Shown piece after piece: positions 19,653 to 29,903 of a stretch of DNA of 64,000 nt (positions within the stretch are counted from its first letter, which is position 1; each line of letters begins with the position of its first letter). The notes under the pieces are model-generated. The model was not told the origin of the DNA and searched no databases. It was given only the letters and a program-made list of their open reading frames with translations. A program made the translations under genes and the position numbers. The DNA comes from Nitrospirota bacterium (GTDB taxonomy: Bacteria > Nitrospirota > UBA9217): NCBI GenBank assembly GCA_963740085.1, contig CAVUCU010000005.1, positions 352,001-416,000 of the forward strand, written 5' to 3'.

Positions 19653-20078
19653 CTACTTCCCGAGAAGGGTCGTGAACGTATCGTGGTGATCTTCCTCTTC
19701 AGCGAGGATCTGCTCGAAGAGCAGCCGGGTCGTGGAATCACCCTCTGTTGACGCCTGCTTGATGATCTTCTTGTACAGGTCGATGGCCTCTTCCTCGGCC
19801 TTCGCGTCATACTTGAGCATCTCCTTGACCGTACCGCCCACCTTGATAGGATCCGGCTTGGTCGTGGGAACGATGTCGAAATAGAATATCCTCTCCGCGA
19901 TCTTCTCGGCGTGCTTCATCTCCGTGATCGCGACCTCCTCGAACACATCGGCGATCTCCGCCGATTCCAGTCCCTTTGCCATGATATGCTGCCACATGTA
20001 TTGAACGCTCACCTGTATCTCGCGCGCGATCGCCTGCTGCATCATATCGGTCAACTTGACGCTTGCTTTCTGTACCAT
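19653..20078 (-). CDS. Bacterioferritin-like ferritin-fold protein
   Basis: Di-iron ligands in REIQVSVQY, EMKHAE, EEEAIDLY and EEDHHD. Confidence 0.85.
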   Translation of the reverse strand: MVQKASVKLTDMMQQAIAREIQVSVQYMWQHIMAKGLESAEIADVFEEVAITEMKHAEKIAERIFYFDIVPTTKPDPIKVGGTVKEMLKYDAKAEEEAIDLYKKIIKQASTEGDSTTRLLFEQILAEEEDHHDTFTTLLGK

Positions 20079-20330
20079 CGTCTATTCTCCTTTCGTCATA
20101 TAATCCGCCTGGTTTTTCGCATCATGATCAAAATAGTATCAGAAAACTCCGCAAAAGGGAAGGAGTGAACAGTAAAAATTTTAGGAACTGCCGCTGCTTT
20201 CTTGCCGGGATCCGGCCCGCAAGCCTCTGGTTTTGTTTGACATCCTCCCGGGTTTCTGGTAAAAGAATATAGCTTTGACCTTTTATCCGCAAGCCCACGC
20301 AACACGATTTTATCGGGAGGAAAGAACACG

Positions 20331-20939
20331 ATGAGAAAGACAAGGATTTTGTTTACGGCCATTTTTGCAATTTTCATGGGTATTGCGGCCTCTGCGCAAC
20401 AGATGCCGGCGCTAAAAACCATAACGGTCACAAAAGAGGAGATCAAAAAAATGTCAGGTACAAAAGCGATCATTGAAACAAAGTTCGGAGATATCACGCT
20501 GAAATTCTTTCCCGACGTCGCCCCCGGCCACGTGAAGAATTTCATTGATCTGGCCAAAAAGGGCTTTTACGACGGGACCACCTTCCACCGCGTGATCCCC
20601 GGCTTCATGATCCAGGGCGGCGACCCGAACTCAAAGGACAAGAACAAGAGCAGGCACGGCCAGGGCGGGCCCGGGTACACCATCAAGGCCGAGTTTAACG
20701 ACAAACCACACAAGCGCGGCACCCTCTCCATGGCCAGGGCAGGCCAACCCGACAGCGCGGGTTCCCAGTTCTTCATCTGCGTAAAGGATTCGCCGTTCCT
20801 CGACAAGCAATATACCGTGTTCGGCGAGGTTGAGAGCGGCATCGAGGTCGTGGACAAGATCGTGTCCCAGCCCCGGGACGCGAACGACAACCCGAACGAC
20901 CGCATTGAGATGAAGGTCAAGATCGTGGAACCTAAATAG
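20331..20939 (+). CDS. Cyclophilin-type peptidyl-prolyl isomerase with signal peptide
   Basis: FYDGTTFHRVIPGFMIQGGDP, SMAR, SAGSQFFI and YTVFG. Confidence 0.95.
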   Translation: MRKTRILFTAIFAIFMGIAASAQQMPALKTITVTKEEIKKMSGTKAIIETKFGDITLKFFPDVAPGHVKNFIDLAKKGFYDGTTFHRVIPGFMIQGGDPNSKDKNKSRHGQGGPGYTIKAEFNDKPHKRGTLSMARAGQPDSAGSQFFICVKDSPFLDKQYTVFGEVESGIEVVDKIVSQPRDANDNPNDRIEMKVKIVEPK

Positions 20940-21012
20940 CAGGGTACAGGGTTCAGGGTACAGGGTTCAGGTTGTTGAATTCCTGACCCCTGACTACTGG
21001 CCCCTGAACCCT
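20940..21012. repeat. Intergenic palindrome with heptamer tandem arms (CAGGGTW)x4
   Basis: CAGGGTA CAGGGTT CAGGGTA CAGGGTT CAGG ... CCTG ACCCCTG ACTACTG GCCCCTG AACCCT. Confidence 0.85.
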
Positions 21013-21028
21013 ATTTTGGGAGACCTTT

Positions 21029-22234
21029 TTGAAGCAGGATATTAAAAAAGTGGTCGTGGCCTACTCCGGCGGGCTTGACACGTCGGTCATCATCACCTGG
21101 CTCAGGGAGACCTACGGATGCGAGGTGATCGCTTTCACCGCCGACATCGGCCAGGGTGAGGAACTCGAACCGCTGCGCGAAAAGGCGATCAAGACCGGCG
21201 CGAGCAAGATCTACATCGACGATCTGCGCGAGGAATTCGTCAGGGATTTCGTGTTTCCCATGCTGCGGGCGAATGCCGTGTACGAAGGCCGCTATCTCCT
21301 CGGCACATCCATCGCTCGGCCGCTCATTGCCAAACGCCAGATCGAGATCGCCGTGAAGGAAGGGGCGGACGCGGTCTGCCACGGGGCTACCGGCAAAGGG
21401 AACGATCAGGTCAGGTTCGAGCTTACGTATCTGGCGCTCAAGCCCGACGTGAAGATCGTCGCTCCCTGGCGCGAGTGGACCATGAAGGGCCGCGAAGAGC
21501 TGATCGCCTACGCGGAAAAGCATGAGATCCCGGTGACGGCGACCAGGTCCAAACCCTATTCCACGGACCGGAACCTCCTGCACATCAGCTACGAGGGCGG
21601 CATCCTCGAGGATCCCTGGAAAGAATCGACCAGCGACATGTACACCATGGCGGTGCCGGTGGAAATGGCCCCGGACAAGCCCGAGTATGTCGAGGTGGCG
21701 TATGAAGCGGGAAACCCTGTGTCCCTCAACGGCAGGAAGCTGTCGCCCGCCGCGCTCCTGGCGGAAGCGAACCGGGTCGCAGGCATCCACGGTATCGGCA
21801 GGATCGATCTCGTTGAAAACCGCTATGTGGGCATGAAGTCCCGGGGGGTGTACGAGACCCCGGGCGGCACGCTGCTCCATGCTGCGCATCGTGCAGTGGA
21901 GTCCATCACCATGGACCGGGAGGTCATGCATCTGCGGGACAGCCTGGTCCCCCGGTACGCGGAGATTGTATACTACGGGTACTGGTTCGCACCGGAACGG
22001 TCCATGCTCCAGGCAGCGGTCGATGAATCGCAAAAGAACGTGACCGGTACAGCGCGGATCAAGCTTTATAAAGGAAATTGCGAGACCGTCGGCAGGAGGT
22101 CCCCTGTCACGCTCTACAACTCCGACCTCGCCACCTTCGAGGCCGACCGCGTCTATGACCAGAAAGACGCCGAAGGTTTCATCCGGTTGAACGCGCTGAG
22201 ACTGAGGATCGGCAGCAAAGAAGGTAAACGATAA
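21029..22234 (+). CDS. argG: Argininosuccinate synthase
   Basis: [23 protein letters not shown] and [10 protein letters not shown]. Confidence 0.98.
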   Translation: MKQDIKKVVVAYSGGLDTSVIITWLRETYGCEVIAFTADIGQGEELEPLREKAIKTGASKIYIDDLREEFVRDFVFPMLRANAVYEGRYLLGTSIARPLIAKRQIEIAVKEGADAVCHGATGKGNDQVRFELTYLALKPDVKIVAPWREWTMKGREELIAYAEKHEIPVTATRSKPYSTDRNLLHISYEGGILEDPWKESTSDMYTMAVPVEMAPDKPEYVEVAYEAGNPVSLNGRKLSPAALLAEANRVAGIHGIGRIDLVENRYVGMKSRGVYETPGGTLLHAAHRAVESITMDREVMHLRDSLVPRYAEIVYYGYWFAPERSMLQAAVDESQKNVTGTARIKLYKGNCETVGRRSPVTLYNSDLATFEADRVYDQKDAEGFIRLNALRLRIGSKEGKR

Positions 22235-22238
22235 ATTT

Positions 22239-22323
22239 ACCGCGAAGACGCTAAGGACGCGAAGAAGAACTTTGTTGTGAATATTTTTTTAACTCATTAC
22301 AATACTTCGCGGCCTTAGCGGTT
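22239..22323. repeat. Intergenic imperfect palindrome, CGCNAAG-based arms (8-9 bp period)
   Basis: Left arm ACCGCGAAGACGCTAAGGACGCGAAG; reverse complement of right arm AACCGCTAAGGCCGCGAAG. Confidence 0.75.
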
Positions 22324-22369
22324 CAAGGTTTTTGGTTCCGGCCTGTCCGGGTCAGGTATATGAATCGCT

Positions 22370-23797
22370 ATGGCGAAAAAAACAAAAAACGCAAAAAAAG
22401 CAGCGCCGAGAAAGACCGCGAAGAAGGCCAGGCCCTGGGGCGGCAGGTTCACCGAGGCCACGAACAAGCTCGTGGAGGAGTTTACCGCTTCGGTCCCCTA
22501 CGACTGGCGACTCTATCCCTATGACATCGCAGGCAGTATTGCCCATGCGACCATGCTCGCCAAGACCGGCATCATCACGAAGAATGAGTCGCGCAGGATC
22601 ATCAAGGGACTTCAGGACATCCTGAGGGAGATTGCCGCGGGAGAATTCGATTTCAGCATTGAACTCGAAGATATTCACATGAACATCGAGGACCGGCTGA
22701 TCCGGAAGATCGGCCCCGTGGGCGGCAAACTCCACACGGCGCGAAGCAGGAACGATCAGGTGGCTCTCGATATCCGAATGTATCTGCGCGACGAGATCGC
22801 CGAGATCCATGAACTCCTCGGACGGCTTCAGAATGTTGTCGTCAGCCTCGCGGACCTGCATCGTGACGTGGTCATGCCGGGTTATACGCATCTCCAGCGG
22901 GCCCAGCCCGTGCTCTTCGGCCATCACCTGCTTGCATACTACGAGATGTTCGAGCGCGATCGCGGCAGGCTCGTGGACTGTTTCCGGCGTGTGAACATCA
23001 TGCCCCTCGGCGCCGGGGCGCTTGCGGGGACCGTGTTGCCCATCGACAGAAAGTACGTTGCAAGACTGCTTGCCTTTACCGAGGTGTGCGAGAACAGCAT
23101 CGACGCTGTTTCGGACCGGGACTTCTCCATCGAGTTCACGTCGGTCTGCGCGCAGATCATGATGCATCTTTCGCGCATCGCCGAAGAGATCGTCATCTGG
23201 TCTACGTCGGAGTTCGGATTCATCACGATTGGCGACGCGTTCACCACCGGCTCGTCGATCATGCCGCAAAAAAAGAACCCCGACGTGGCCGAACTCACGC
23301 GCGGTAAGACCGGCAGGGTATACGGCAGCCTTACCGCGCTCCTCACGATCATGAAAGGCCTGCCGCTCGCTTACAACCGGGACATGCAGGAGGACAAGGA
23401 GCCGGTCTTCGACGCCTCGGACACGGTCATGCTCACCCTGTCGGTATTTATCGAGATGCTCAAAAACATAACGGTGAATAAGGACGCCATGCGGAGGGCG
23501 GCTGAAGATGGATTCATCACGGCCACCGATCTGGCGGACTACCTGGTCCGGAAAGGCATGCCCTTTCGCCGGGCGCACGAGGTCGTCGGCAAGGCCGTCC
23601 TGCTTGCGACAAAACAGGGAAGCGGTCTGGGAACGTTGCCGCTCAAGGAATACCGGAAGCTTTCACCGCTGATCCGCGAGGACGTATACGACGCGCTCTC
23701 CCTTGAAGCGTCGGTCGGCAGGCGCAGGTCGTACGGAGGTACGTCGCCCGCGAACCTGCAAAAGCGGCTTGCGGCGATCAAGAAAAAGATGCGATGA
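22370..23797 (+). CDS. argH: Argininosuccinate lyase
   Basis: [24 protein letters not shown] and [12 protein letters not shown]; Lys/Ala-rich N-terminal extension. Confidence 0.98.
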   Translation: MAKKTKNAKKAAPRKTAKKARPWGGRFTEATNKLVEEFTASVPYDWRLYPYDIAGSIAHATMLAKTGIITKNESRRIIKGLQDILREIAAGEFDFSIELEDIHMNIEDRLIRKIGPVGGKLHTARSRNDQVALDIRMYLRDEIAEIHELLGRLQNVVVSLADLHRDVVMPGYTHLQRAQPVLFGHHLLAYYEMFERDRGRLVDCFRRVNIMPLGAGALAGTVLPIDRKYVARLLAFTEVCENSIDAVSDRDFSIEFTSVCAQIMMHLSRIAEEIVIWSTSEFGFITIGDAFTTGSSIMPQKKNPDVAELTRGKTGRVYGSLTALLTIMKGLPLAYNRDMQEDKEPVFDASDTVMLTLSVFIEMLKNITVNKDAMRRAAEDGFITATDLADYLVRKGMPFRRAHEVVGKAVLLATKQGSGLGTLPLKEYRKLSPLIREDVYDALSLEASVGRRRSYGGTSPANLQKRLAAIKKKMR

Positions 23798-24861
23798 ATA
23801 TCCGTACGCGATTTTTTTTCACGGCTTGTCTTCTCCTTGTTCTGACAACCGCGGTTGCCTGCGGCAGAAAAACGCCGCCCCTGGTCCCCGACAGTCCGAG
23901 ACCTGCGGTGGTAAAAGACATCCGGGTTATGACCAGGGACACCGTCGCGTTCCTTTCCTGGCCAATACCGACCCATAACGTTGAAGGCAGAGGTATGCTC
24001 CCCTCTGATATACAGCGGTTCCGCATCTATCGCGCCGAGATCGGCCGGGAGACAAAGAAGGTCCGGTACAAATTATACGCCGAGATCGACATGGCTAACC
24101 CGTCGCCCGCAGAGATCCGGAGCGGTAGGGTTTTCTGGAGCGATCAGGATTTGAAATACGGACAGGCGTATAGCTACCGGATCCGGGCCATAAGCGTCCG
24201 GGGGGGAGTAAGCCCGATGTCCGATGAAGTTCGGATCGCGCCGCTGCTGTCCCTTGCGATTCCCGGGGACCTCGCGGCACAGGGAAAAGACAGCTCGGTC
24301 ACGCTTTCCTGGGCGCCGATAACCACACGAATGGATGGCAGCCGTTACGACGGTTTTGTTGGATATAATCTATACCGCAGCACTCAAAAAGGCCTGTATG
24401 GCGATTCGCCGCTGAACAAGGAGCCGATCAGGACCGATTCGTTCAAGGACACCACGGTAGTGAATGACAGGACCTATTACTATATGGTCCGTTCCGTGGA
24501 TAGTCCGGCGCTTCCCTGGAAAGAAAGCCCGGATTCAGAAGAGGTTTCGGCAACACCCCGGGACATGACTCCGCCGGCCAGACCCACGGGGTTGACTGTC
24601 GTGCCGGGCGTAGGCAGGGCATTTCTCACGTGGAACGAGAACAAGGAACAGGACCTCGCGGGATACCACATATACCGCTCAACGAGAAAAGGCAGGGATT
24701 TCAAGCGGCTTACGCACAAAGTCCTCACGCGGACCACGTACTCCGATGAAACCGCTCAACAGGGCATGGAATATTATTACATGATCACCGCCGTGGACCG
24801 GGCCGGAAATGAGAGTAAGGGGTCGAAAGAAAAAATGGCCTCGATCGAGAAACTGAGGTAA
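23794..24861 (+). CDS. Lipoprotein with LptM/LppL-like CGxKxP start and three fibronectin type III repeats
   Basis: [13 protein letters not shown] lipobox. Three repeats of LSW...GY.lYRS...Y.Y.v.avd. Confidence 0.8.
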   Translation: MNIRTRFFFTACLLLVLTTAVACGRKTPPLVPDSPRPAVVKDIRVMTRDTVAFLSWPIPTHNVEGRGMLPSDIQRFRIYRAEIGRETKKVRYKLYAEIDMANPSPAEIRSGRVFWSDQDLKYGQAYSYRIRAISVRGGVSPMSDEVRIAPLLSLAIPGDLAAQGKDSSVTLSWAPITTRMDGSRYDGFVGYNLYRSTQKGLYGDSPLNKEPIRTDSFKDTTVVNDRTYYYMVRSVDSPALPWKESPDSEEVSATPRDMTPPARPTGLTVVPGVGRAFLTWNENKEQDLAGYHIYRSTRKGRDFKRLTHKVLTRTTYSDETAQQGMEYYYMITAVDRAGNESKGSKEKMASIEKLR

Positions 24862-24913
24862 TATGGATAAGGTCGGTCCCGCCGCTGGTGGGATTGACCT
24901 GGTCCAAATATCC

Positions 24914-26173
24914 ATGCATGATTTTAAATATAAGAACGGCGAGCTGTACTGTGAAGGGGTCCCGGTAAGGACCGTGGCCCAGCGGGTCGGCACGCCGTTC
25001 TATCTCTACAGCGGCAATACGCTCTCGAGCCATTACCGGGCGTTCGACAGGGCCTTTGCCGGCCTTGCACACGTTATCTGCTTCGCGCTTAAATCCAATT
25101 CGAACAGCGCGGTGCTCCGGCTGCTCGGCCGCGAAGGGGCAGGAGCGGATATCGTCTCGGGCGGCGAACTCTATCGCGCGATCAGCGCCGGGATCGACCC
25201 GAATAAGATCGTCTATGCAGGGGTCGGCAAACGAAGGGATGAGATCGAGTACGCACTGAAGGTCGGCATCCTCATGTTCAACGTCGAGTCCGGAGAGGAA
25301 CTGCTCGCCCTCGACCGGGCCGCAGGGAAGATGCGTGCGGTCGCCAGGATCGCCCTCCGGGTAAACCCGGATATCGACCCCAAGACCCATGCCTATATCT
25401 CCACCGGGCTCAAAGAGAACAAGTTCGGAATCCCCATCGACCGGGCGCTCGAATTTTATCAGACCGCGAAGGGCCTTGCGAACGTCGAAGTGGTCGGCGT
25501 TCACCAGCACATCGGCTCGCAGATCACCGAAGTACAGCCGTTCGTGGACGCCCTCGAAAAGCTCCTCGGGTTCGTGAACGAGCTCAAGTTCGCGGGCATC
25601 AAAATTCAATACCTCAATATAGGCGGCGGTCTGGGCATCCCGTACCATGACGAAACGCCCCCCCTGCCGGAAGATGTGGCGCAGGCTATCCGGCCGCTGC
25701 TCAAAAACTGCGGGTGCACCATCATCATGGAGCCCGGGAGAGCTATCGCCGGCAATGCGGGTATCCTTGTGACGAGCGCGCTCTATCACAAGGACAGCGG
25801 CGAAAAACGGTTCCTCATCGTTGATGCGGGAATGAACGATCTGATCCGGCCGAGCCTCTATGAGGCATATCACGATATCCGGCCGGTGGTCGAGTCCTCC
25901 GCGGCCGCGGAGGACTCGTTCGATGTGGTCGGCCCGATCTGCGAATCCGGTGATTTTCTCGGCAAGGACCGGAAGCTGCGCGAGATACAGCAGGGCGAGC
26001 TCCTCGCAGTGATGAGCGCGGGGGCCTACGGGTTCTCCATGTCCTCGAACTACAACTCCCGGCCTCGCCCTGCCGAGGTGCTGGTCAGGGGCAATGACTA
26101 TTACGTCGTGCGGGAGCGCGAGACCTACGCTGACCTTGTCAGGGGCGAGAAGGTGCCAGGGTGGCTGGAGTGA
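24914..26173 (+). CDS. lysA: Diaminopimelate decarboxylase
   Basis: GTPFYLY, FALKSN, HIGSQ, GGGLG, EPGR, GPICESGD and MSSNYNSR. Confidence 0.97.
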   Translation: MHDFKYKNGELYCEGVPVRTVAQRVGTPFYLYSGNTLSSHYRAFDRAFAGLAHVICFALKSNSNSAVLRLLGREGAGADIVSGGELYRAISAGIDPNKIVYAGVGKRRDEIEYALKVGILMFNVESGEELLALDRAAGKMRAVARIALRVNPDIDPKTHAYISTGLKENKFGIPIDRALEFYQTAKGLANVEVVGVHQHIGSQITEVQPFVDALEKLLGFVNELKFAGIKIQYLNIGGGLGIPYHDETPPLPEDVAQAIRPLLKNCGCTIIMEPGRAIAGNAGILVTSALYHKDSGEKRFLIVDAGMNDLIRPSLYEAYHDIRPVVESSAAAEDSFDVVGPICESGDFLGKDRKLREIQQGELLAVMSAGAYGFSMSSNYNSRPRPAEVLVRGNDYYVVRERETYADLVRGEKVPGWLE

Positions 26174-26279
26174 AGTGAGGATTCATCGCACGTCATCAGA
26201 CGCGGCGGCAATCATGACGATGCGTCATTCGACGAAATTTTTTTTGCGTCTTCGTTTCCCGGCGGTTCAGGGGGGTTTT

Positions 26280-27092
26280 ATGAAGAAAATACCTTTTTAC
26301 AAGATGCAGGGAAGCGGCAACGATTTCATCCTGATCGACAACCGCAGGAAAATCCTGAAAGGATTGGACCTGAAGGGACTGGCGGTGAAAGTCTGCGACC
26401 GGCACTACTCTGTCGGCGCCGACGGACTGATCGTGATCGTGACATCGAAGAAAGCGGACTTCGGATGGCGGTTCTTCAACGCCGACGGGAGCGAGGCCGA
26501 GATGTGCGGGAATGGGTCGCGGTGCGCGGCGCGGTTTGCGCTCCTCAAAAAGATCGCAAAAAAAGACATGACCTTCGAAACGCTTGCAGGGCCCATCCAT
26601 GCACAGGTGAAAAAGGACACCGTGAAGGTGCAGCTCGACGGCGCCTCCGGCTTGCGCCTGAACATCGCCGTCCCGCTCGACAGCGGATTGCGCATGGGAC
26701 ATTTCATAAACACCGGCGTGCCGCACCTCGTCTATCTCTCAAAGGACCTGGACAATGAGGACGTTGACCGGATCGGGAGGACCTCGCGGTATCATGAACT
26801 GTTCAAGCCGGCAGGCACGAATGTAAATTTTATCGAGATCCAGGGCAGGCACAGGCTCAGGATCAGGACCTACGAACGCGGTGTGGAGGGCGAGACCCTT
26901 GCATGCGGCACAGGCTCTGTAGCATCGGCGCTCGTCGCCGGTTCGCTCGGTGCGGCCTCGTCTCCGATCGAGGTCCTGACCCGGGGCGGTGAAAAGCTGC
27001 TCGTCTCGTTCGAACGTTCAGGGGACGGGTTCAACACCATCCACCTCGAAGGCAACGCGGTGGTGATCTGCGAGGGGATATTGTATGTTTAA
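26280..27092 (+). CDS. dapF: Diaminopimelate epimerase
   Basis: KMQGSGNDF, NADGSEAEMCGNG and ERGVEGETLACGTG. Confidence 0.97.
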   Translation: MKKIPFYKMQGSGNDFILIDNRRKILKGLDLKGLAVKVCDRHYSVGADGLIVIVTSKKADFGWRFFNADGSEAEMCGNGSRCAARFALLKKIAKKDMTFETLAGPIHAQVKKDTVKVQLDGASGLRLNIAVPLDSGLRMGHFINTGVPHLVYLSKDLDNEDVDRIGRTSRYHELFKPAGTNVNFIEIQGRHRLRIRTYERGVEGETLACGTGSVASALVAGSLGAASSPIEVLTRGGEKLLVSFERSGDGFNTIHLEGNAVVICEGILYV

Positions 27093-27219
27093 AATTCCAA
27101 TAACCAGGCGCCAAACAACAAATAAGTACCAATAATCAGCCATCAAGCTCCAAACGTTTGGTCATGATATTTTGATCATTGGATTTTATTTGGCGCTTGG
27201 GGTTTGATATTTGGAATTT
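27092..27219. repeat. Long intergenic imperfect palindrome, ~7-bp periodic CAA/TTG arms
   Basis: AAATTCCAATAACCAGGCGCCAAACAACAAAT...CCAAAC / GTTTGG...ATTTGGCGCTTGGGGTTTGATATTTGGAATTT. Confidence 0.8.
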
Positions 27220-27239
27220 GCATTCCAAAGGAGGCTCTT

Positions 27240-28112
27240 ATGTTTAAAGGTTCCATGGTTGCGATCGTGACACCATTCAAAAACGGGAAGGTTGACGAGA
27301 AGGCGCTCGGCGATCTGATCGAGTTTCACATCAAAAGCGGCACGGACGTGATCGTTCCCTGCGGCACCACGGGCGAGTCAGCCACCCTCTCCCACGAGGA
27401 ACATCACCGCGTGGTCGAGTTCACCGTGAAGACGGTGAACGGGCGCGTGCCGGTGGTCGCGGGCGCGGGTTCGAACTCGACCTCCGAGACGCTGGAGCTC
27501 ACGAAGTACGCGCAGAAGGCGGGCGCAAACGGAGTTCTGCTCATCACGCCGTATTACAACAAGCCCACGCAGGAAGGGCTGTACCAGCATTTCAAGAAAG
27601 TGACCGACACGGTGGACATTCCCGTCATACTGTACAATGTCCCGGGCAGGACCAGCGTGAACATGCTGCCTTCCACCGTGGCCCGCCTGAGGGAGCTCAG
27701 AAACATCGTCGGCATCAAGGAAGCGACCGGAGACCTGAAGCAGATCAGCGAGCTCATCCGTCTCTGCGGCAGGGACTTTGATGTCATTTCGGGCGACGAT
27801 TTCACGACCCTCCCGCTCCTCGCCATCGGTGGTGTGGGCGCGATCTCCGTGACCGCCAATATCATCCCGGCCGATGCAGCCGGGATGTTCGACGCCTTCT
27901 TCGCGGGGAAGATGGAGGAGGCTCTCAAGTTTCACTTCAAGATGGAGCCGCTCCACAGCCTCATGTTCATCGAGACGAACCCCATCCCGGTGAAGACCGC
28001 GCTCGCGCTCATGGGCAGGATCAGCGAAGAGTTCCGACTTCCGCTCTGTTCCCTGGCGGACGCGAACAAGGAAAGGCTGAAGAAGGCGCTGAAGGACTAC
28101 GGGTTGATCTAA
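27240..28112 (+). CDS. dapA: 4-hydroxy-tetrahydrodipicolinate synthase
   Basis: GTTGES, PYYNKP, YNVPGRT, GIKEA and ETNPIPVK. Confidence 0.98.
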   Translation: MFKGSMVAIVTPFKNGKVDEKALGDLIEFHIKSGTDVIVPCGTTGESATLSHEEHHRVVEFTVKTVNGRVPVVAGAGSNSTSETLELTKYAQKAGANGVLLITPYYNKPTQEGLYQHFKKVTDTVDIPVILYNVPGRTSVNMLPSTVARLRELRNIVGIKEATGDLKQISELIRLCGRDFDVISGDDFTTLPLLAIGGVGAISVTANIIPADAAGMFDAFFAGKMEEALKFHFKMEPLHSLMFIETNPIPVKTALALMGRISEEFRLPLCSLADANKERLKKALKDYGLI

Positions 28113-28122
28113 ATCGAAGCAT

Positions 28123-28195
28123 TTACCGCAGAGGACGCAAAGATCGCCGAGAAACCTTTTTTCTTTTTATTTTTCTCCATGCCTCTGTGGTTAAA
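28123..28195. repeat. Intergenic imperfect palindrome, 9-bp periodic arms
   Basis: Left arm TTACCGCAGAGGACGCAAAGATCGCCGAGAAA; reverse complement of right arm TTTAACCACAGAGGCATGGAGAAA. Confidence 0.7.
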
Positions 28196-28212
28196 TTTCA
28201 AGAGGTGAAACC

Positions 28213-29022
28213 GTGATTAAAGCAGTCGTAACCGGCGCGGCCGGCAGAATGGGCTCTCGCATCATTAATGTGCTTTCAACGTCGGAGGGCATCAGCCTTT
28301 CAGGGGCTGTGGAGCGAAAGGGGCACCCTCTCGTGGGACAGGATTCCTGCGGCCCGGCCGGAATTCCTCAGGGAGGGGTCCTGACGCTCATAAGCGACGA
28401 TCTTCCTGCCGCACTCGGGACCGGCGACGTGCTCATTGACTTTACCTCCCCGGGGGCAAGCCTGGAGCATATCAAGGCCTGTGCGGAACTGGGCAAGCCC
28501 ATCGTCATCGGCGCCACGGGGTTCTCAAAGGAGCAGCTCGACGTGGTCAACCAGTACACGGGAAAAATTCCCTGCGTGCTGTCCCCGAACATGAGCGTCG
28601 GCGTGAACGTCTGCTTCAAGGTCCTCGCCGATCTGGCGAAGACCCTGGGGCAGGATTTCGACGTGGAGATCGTTGAGGCGCACCACCGTTTGAAAAAGGA
28701 CGCGCCCTCCGGCACTGCCGTGCGCATGGGGGAGGTAGTGGCAAGCGCTCTCGGCCGCAACTACAGCGAGGTGGCTAATTTTCACCGCGAGGGCATCACC
28801 GGGGTGCGGACGAACAAGGAGATCGGCATGCAGACGATCCGCGGCGGAGACATCGTGGGTGAACACACGGTCTACTTTATCGGCATGGGAGAGCGAATCG
28901 AGCTTACTCACCGTGCGCTCACGCGCGATATGTTCGCCCGCGGCGCGGTCCGGGCTGCAAAGTGGGTTTGCGGAAAAAAACCGGGGCTCTATGACATGCA
29001 AAATGTCCTGGGGCTGAAATAA
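28213..29022 (+). CDS. dapB: 4-hydroxy-tetrahydrodipicolinate reductase
   Basis: GAAGRMG, EAHHRLKKDAPSGTA and RGGDIVGEH. Confidence 0.98.
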   Translation: MIKAVVTGAAGRMGSRIINVLSTSEGISLSGAVERKGHPLVGQDSCGPAGIPQGGVLTLISDDLPAALGTGDVLIDFTSPGASLEHIKACAELGKPIVIGATGFSKEQLDVVNQYTGKIPCVLSPNMSVGVNVCFKVLADLAKTLGQDFDVEIVEAHHRLKKDAPSGTAVRMGEVVASALGRNYSEVANFHREGITGVRTNKEIGMQTIRGGDIVGEHTVYFIGMGERIELTHRALTRDMFARGAVRAAKWVCGKKPGLYDMQNVLGLK

Positions 29023-29030
29023 TCACTGCT

Positions 29031-29093
29031 GGGTCAGGTTGCCAGGGTCAGGGGTCCGGTCTTACCGTACCGTGAATCGTGGCACTGGACCCT
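29031..29093. repeat. Degenerate heptamer-arm palindrome
   Basis: GGGTCAGGTTGCCAGGGTCAGGGGTCCGGT ... ACCGTACCGTGAATCGTGGCACTGGACCCT. Confidence 0.5.
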
Positions 29094-29112
29094 CATTAAA
29101 AAGGAGAATCAC

Positions 29113-29889
29113 ATGAAAAAGAGCATAGCACTGATGGTTGTTGGCCTGCTGATCGCTGTACCGTTGAGCGCCCAAGCCTTTCCAACGAAAAAGGGCGATA
29201 AACCCTGCATGGAGTGTCATAAGCTGGACAAGAAGGCCGCTGAAGATATCGTTAAAAAGGTCATACCGAACGCCACGGTCACAAATGTGATAATGTCGCC
29301 GGTCAAGGGCGTGTGGCAGATCGAGTTCGAAGCGGGCGAAGGAAAACGCGGCGGGTTCGGCTTGGATTTCTCGAAGAAATATCTCGTACAATTCGCGTTG
29401 GTCGATGAAGTTGTCAAGCAGCAGAAACAGCAGCAGCAGCCGCGAAAGGTCGATATCTCCAAGATCCCGCTCGGCGACTCGATCACGTTGGGTGCGGCTG
29501 CTGCCAAGAAAAAGGTCATCGTCTTTACCGATCCCGACTGCCCCTTTTGTCGTCAGCTCCACACGATCATGAAACAGGTCGTGGCAAAGCGAAGCGATAT
29601 CGCTTTTACCCTGATCATGAATCCGCTGCCGATGCACAAGGATTCTCCGAAAAAGGCGCAAACGATCCTCTGCACAAAGTCCCTCGATATCCTCAATGAT
29701 GCCTTCGAGGGAAAGGCGGTGCCTGAACCCGCCGCAAGCTGCACCGCTGATGCAGTGGAGAGAAGCAAGGCGCTCGCCAATTCTCTGGGGTTCAACGGCA
29801 CCCCCACACTCGTGCGTGATGACGGCACTGTGCTTTCCGGTTTTCTCCCGGAAGAAAAGCTGATAGAGTGGATCGATAAAAAGAAGTAA
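29113..29889 (+). CDS. DsbC-family thiol:disulfide interchange protein with N-terminal CxxCH
   Basis: Signal peptide, CMECH, FTDPDCPFC active site and GTPT cis-Pro loop. Confidence 0.88.
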   Translation: MKKSIALMVVGLLIAVPLSAQAFPTKKGDKPCMECHKLDKKAAEDIVKKVIPNATVTNVIMSPVKGVWQIEFEAGEGKRGGFGLDFSKKYLVQFALVDEVVKQQKQQQQPRKVDISKIPLGDSITLGAAAAKKKVIVFTDPDCPFCRQLHTIMKQVVAKRSDIAFTLIMNPLPMHKDSPKKAQTILCTKSLDILNDAFEGKAVPEPAASCTADAVERSKALANSLGFNGTPTLVRDDGTVLSGFLPEEKLIEWIDKKK

Positions 29890-29903
29890 GCACGGGGCGC
29901 CCC

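Noticed and set aside
20940-21012. Short tandem repeats as a CRISPR array
   Set aside because: Units are 7 bp with no spacers, and no cas genes are in the window.
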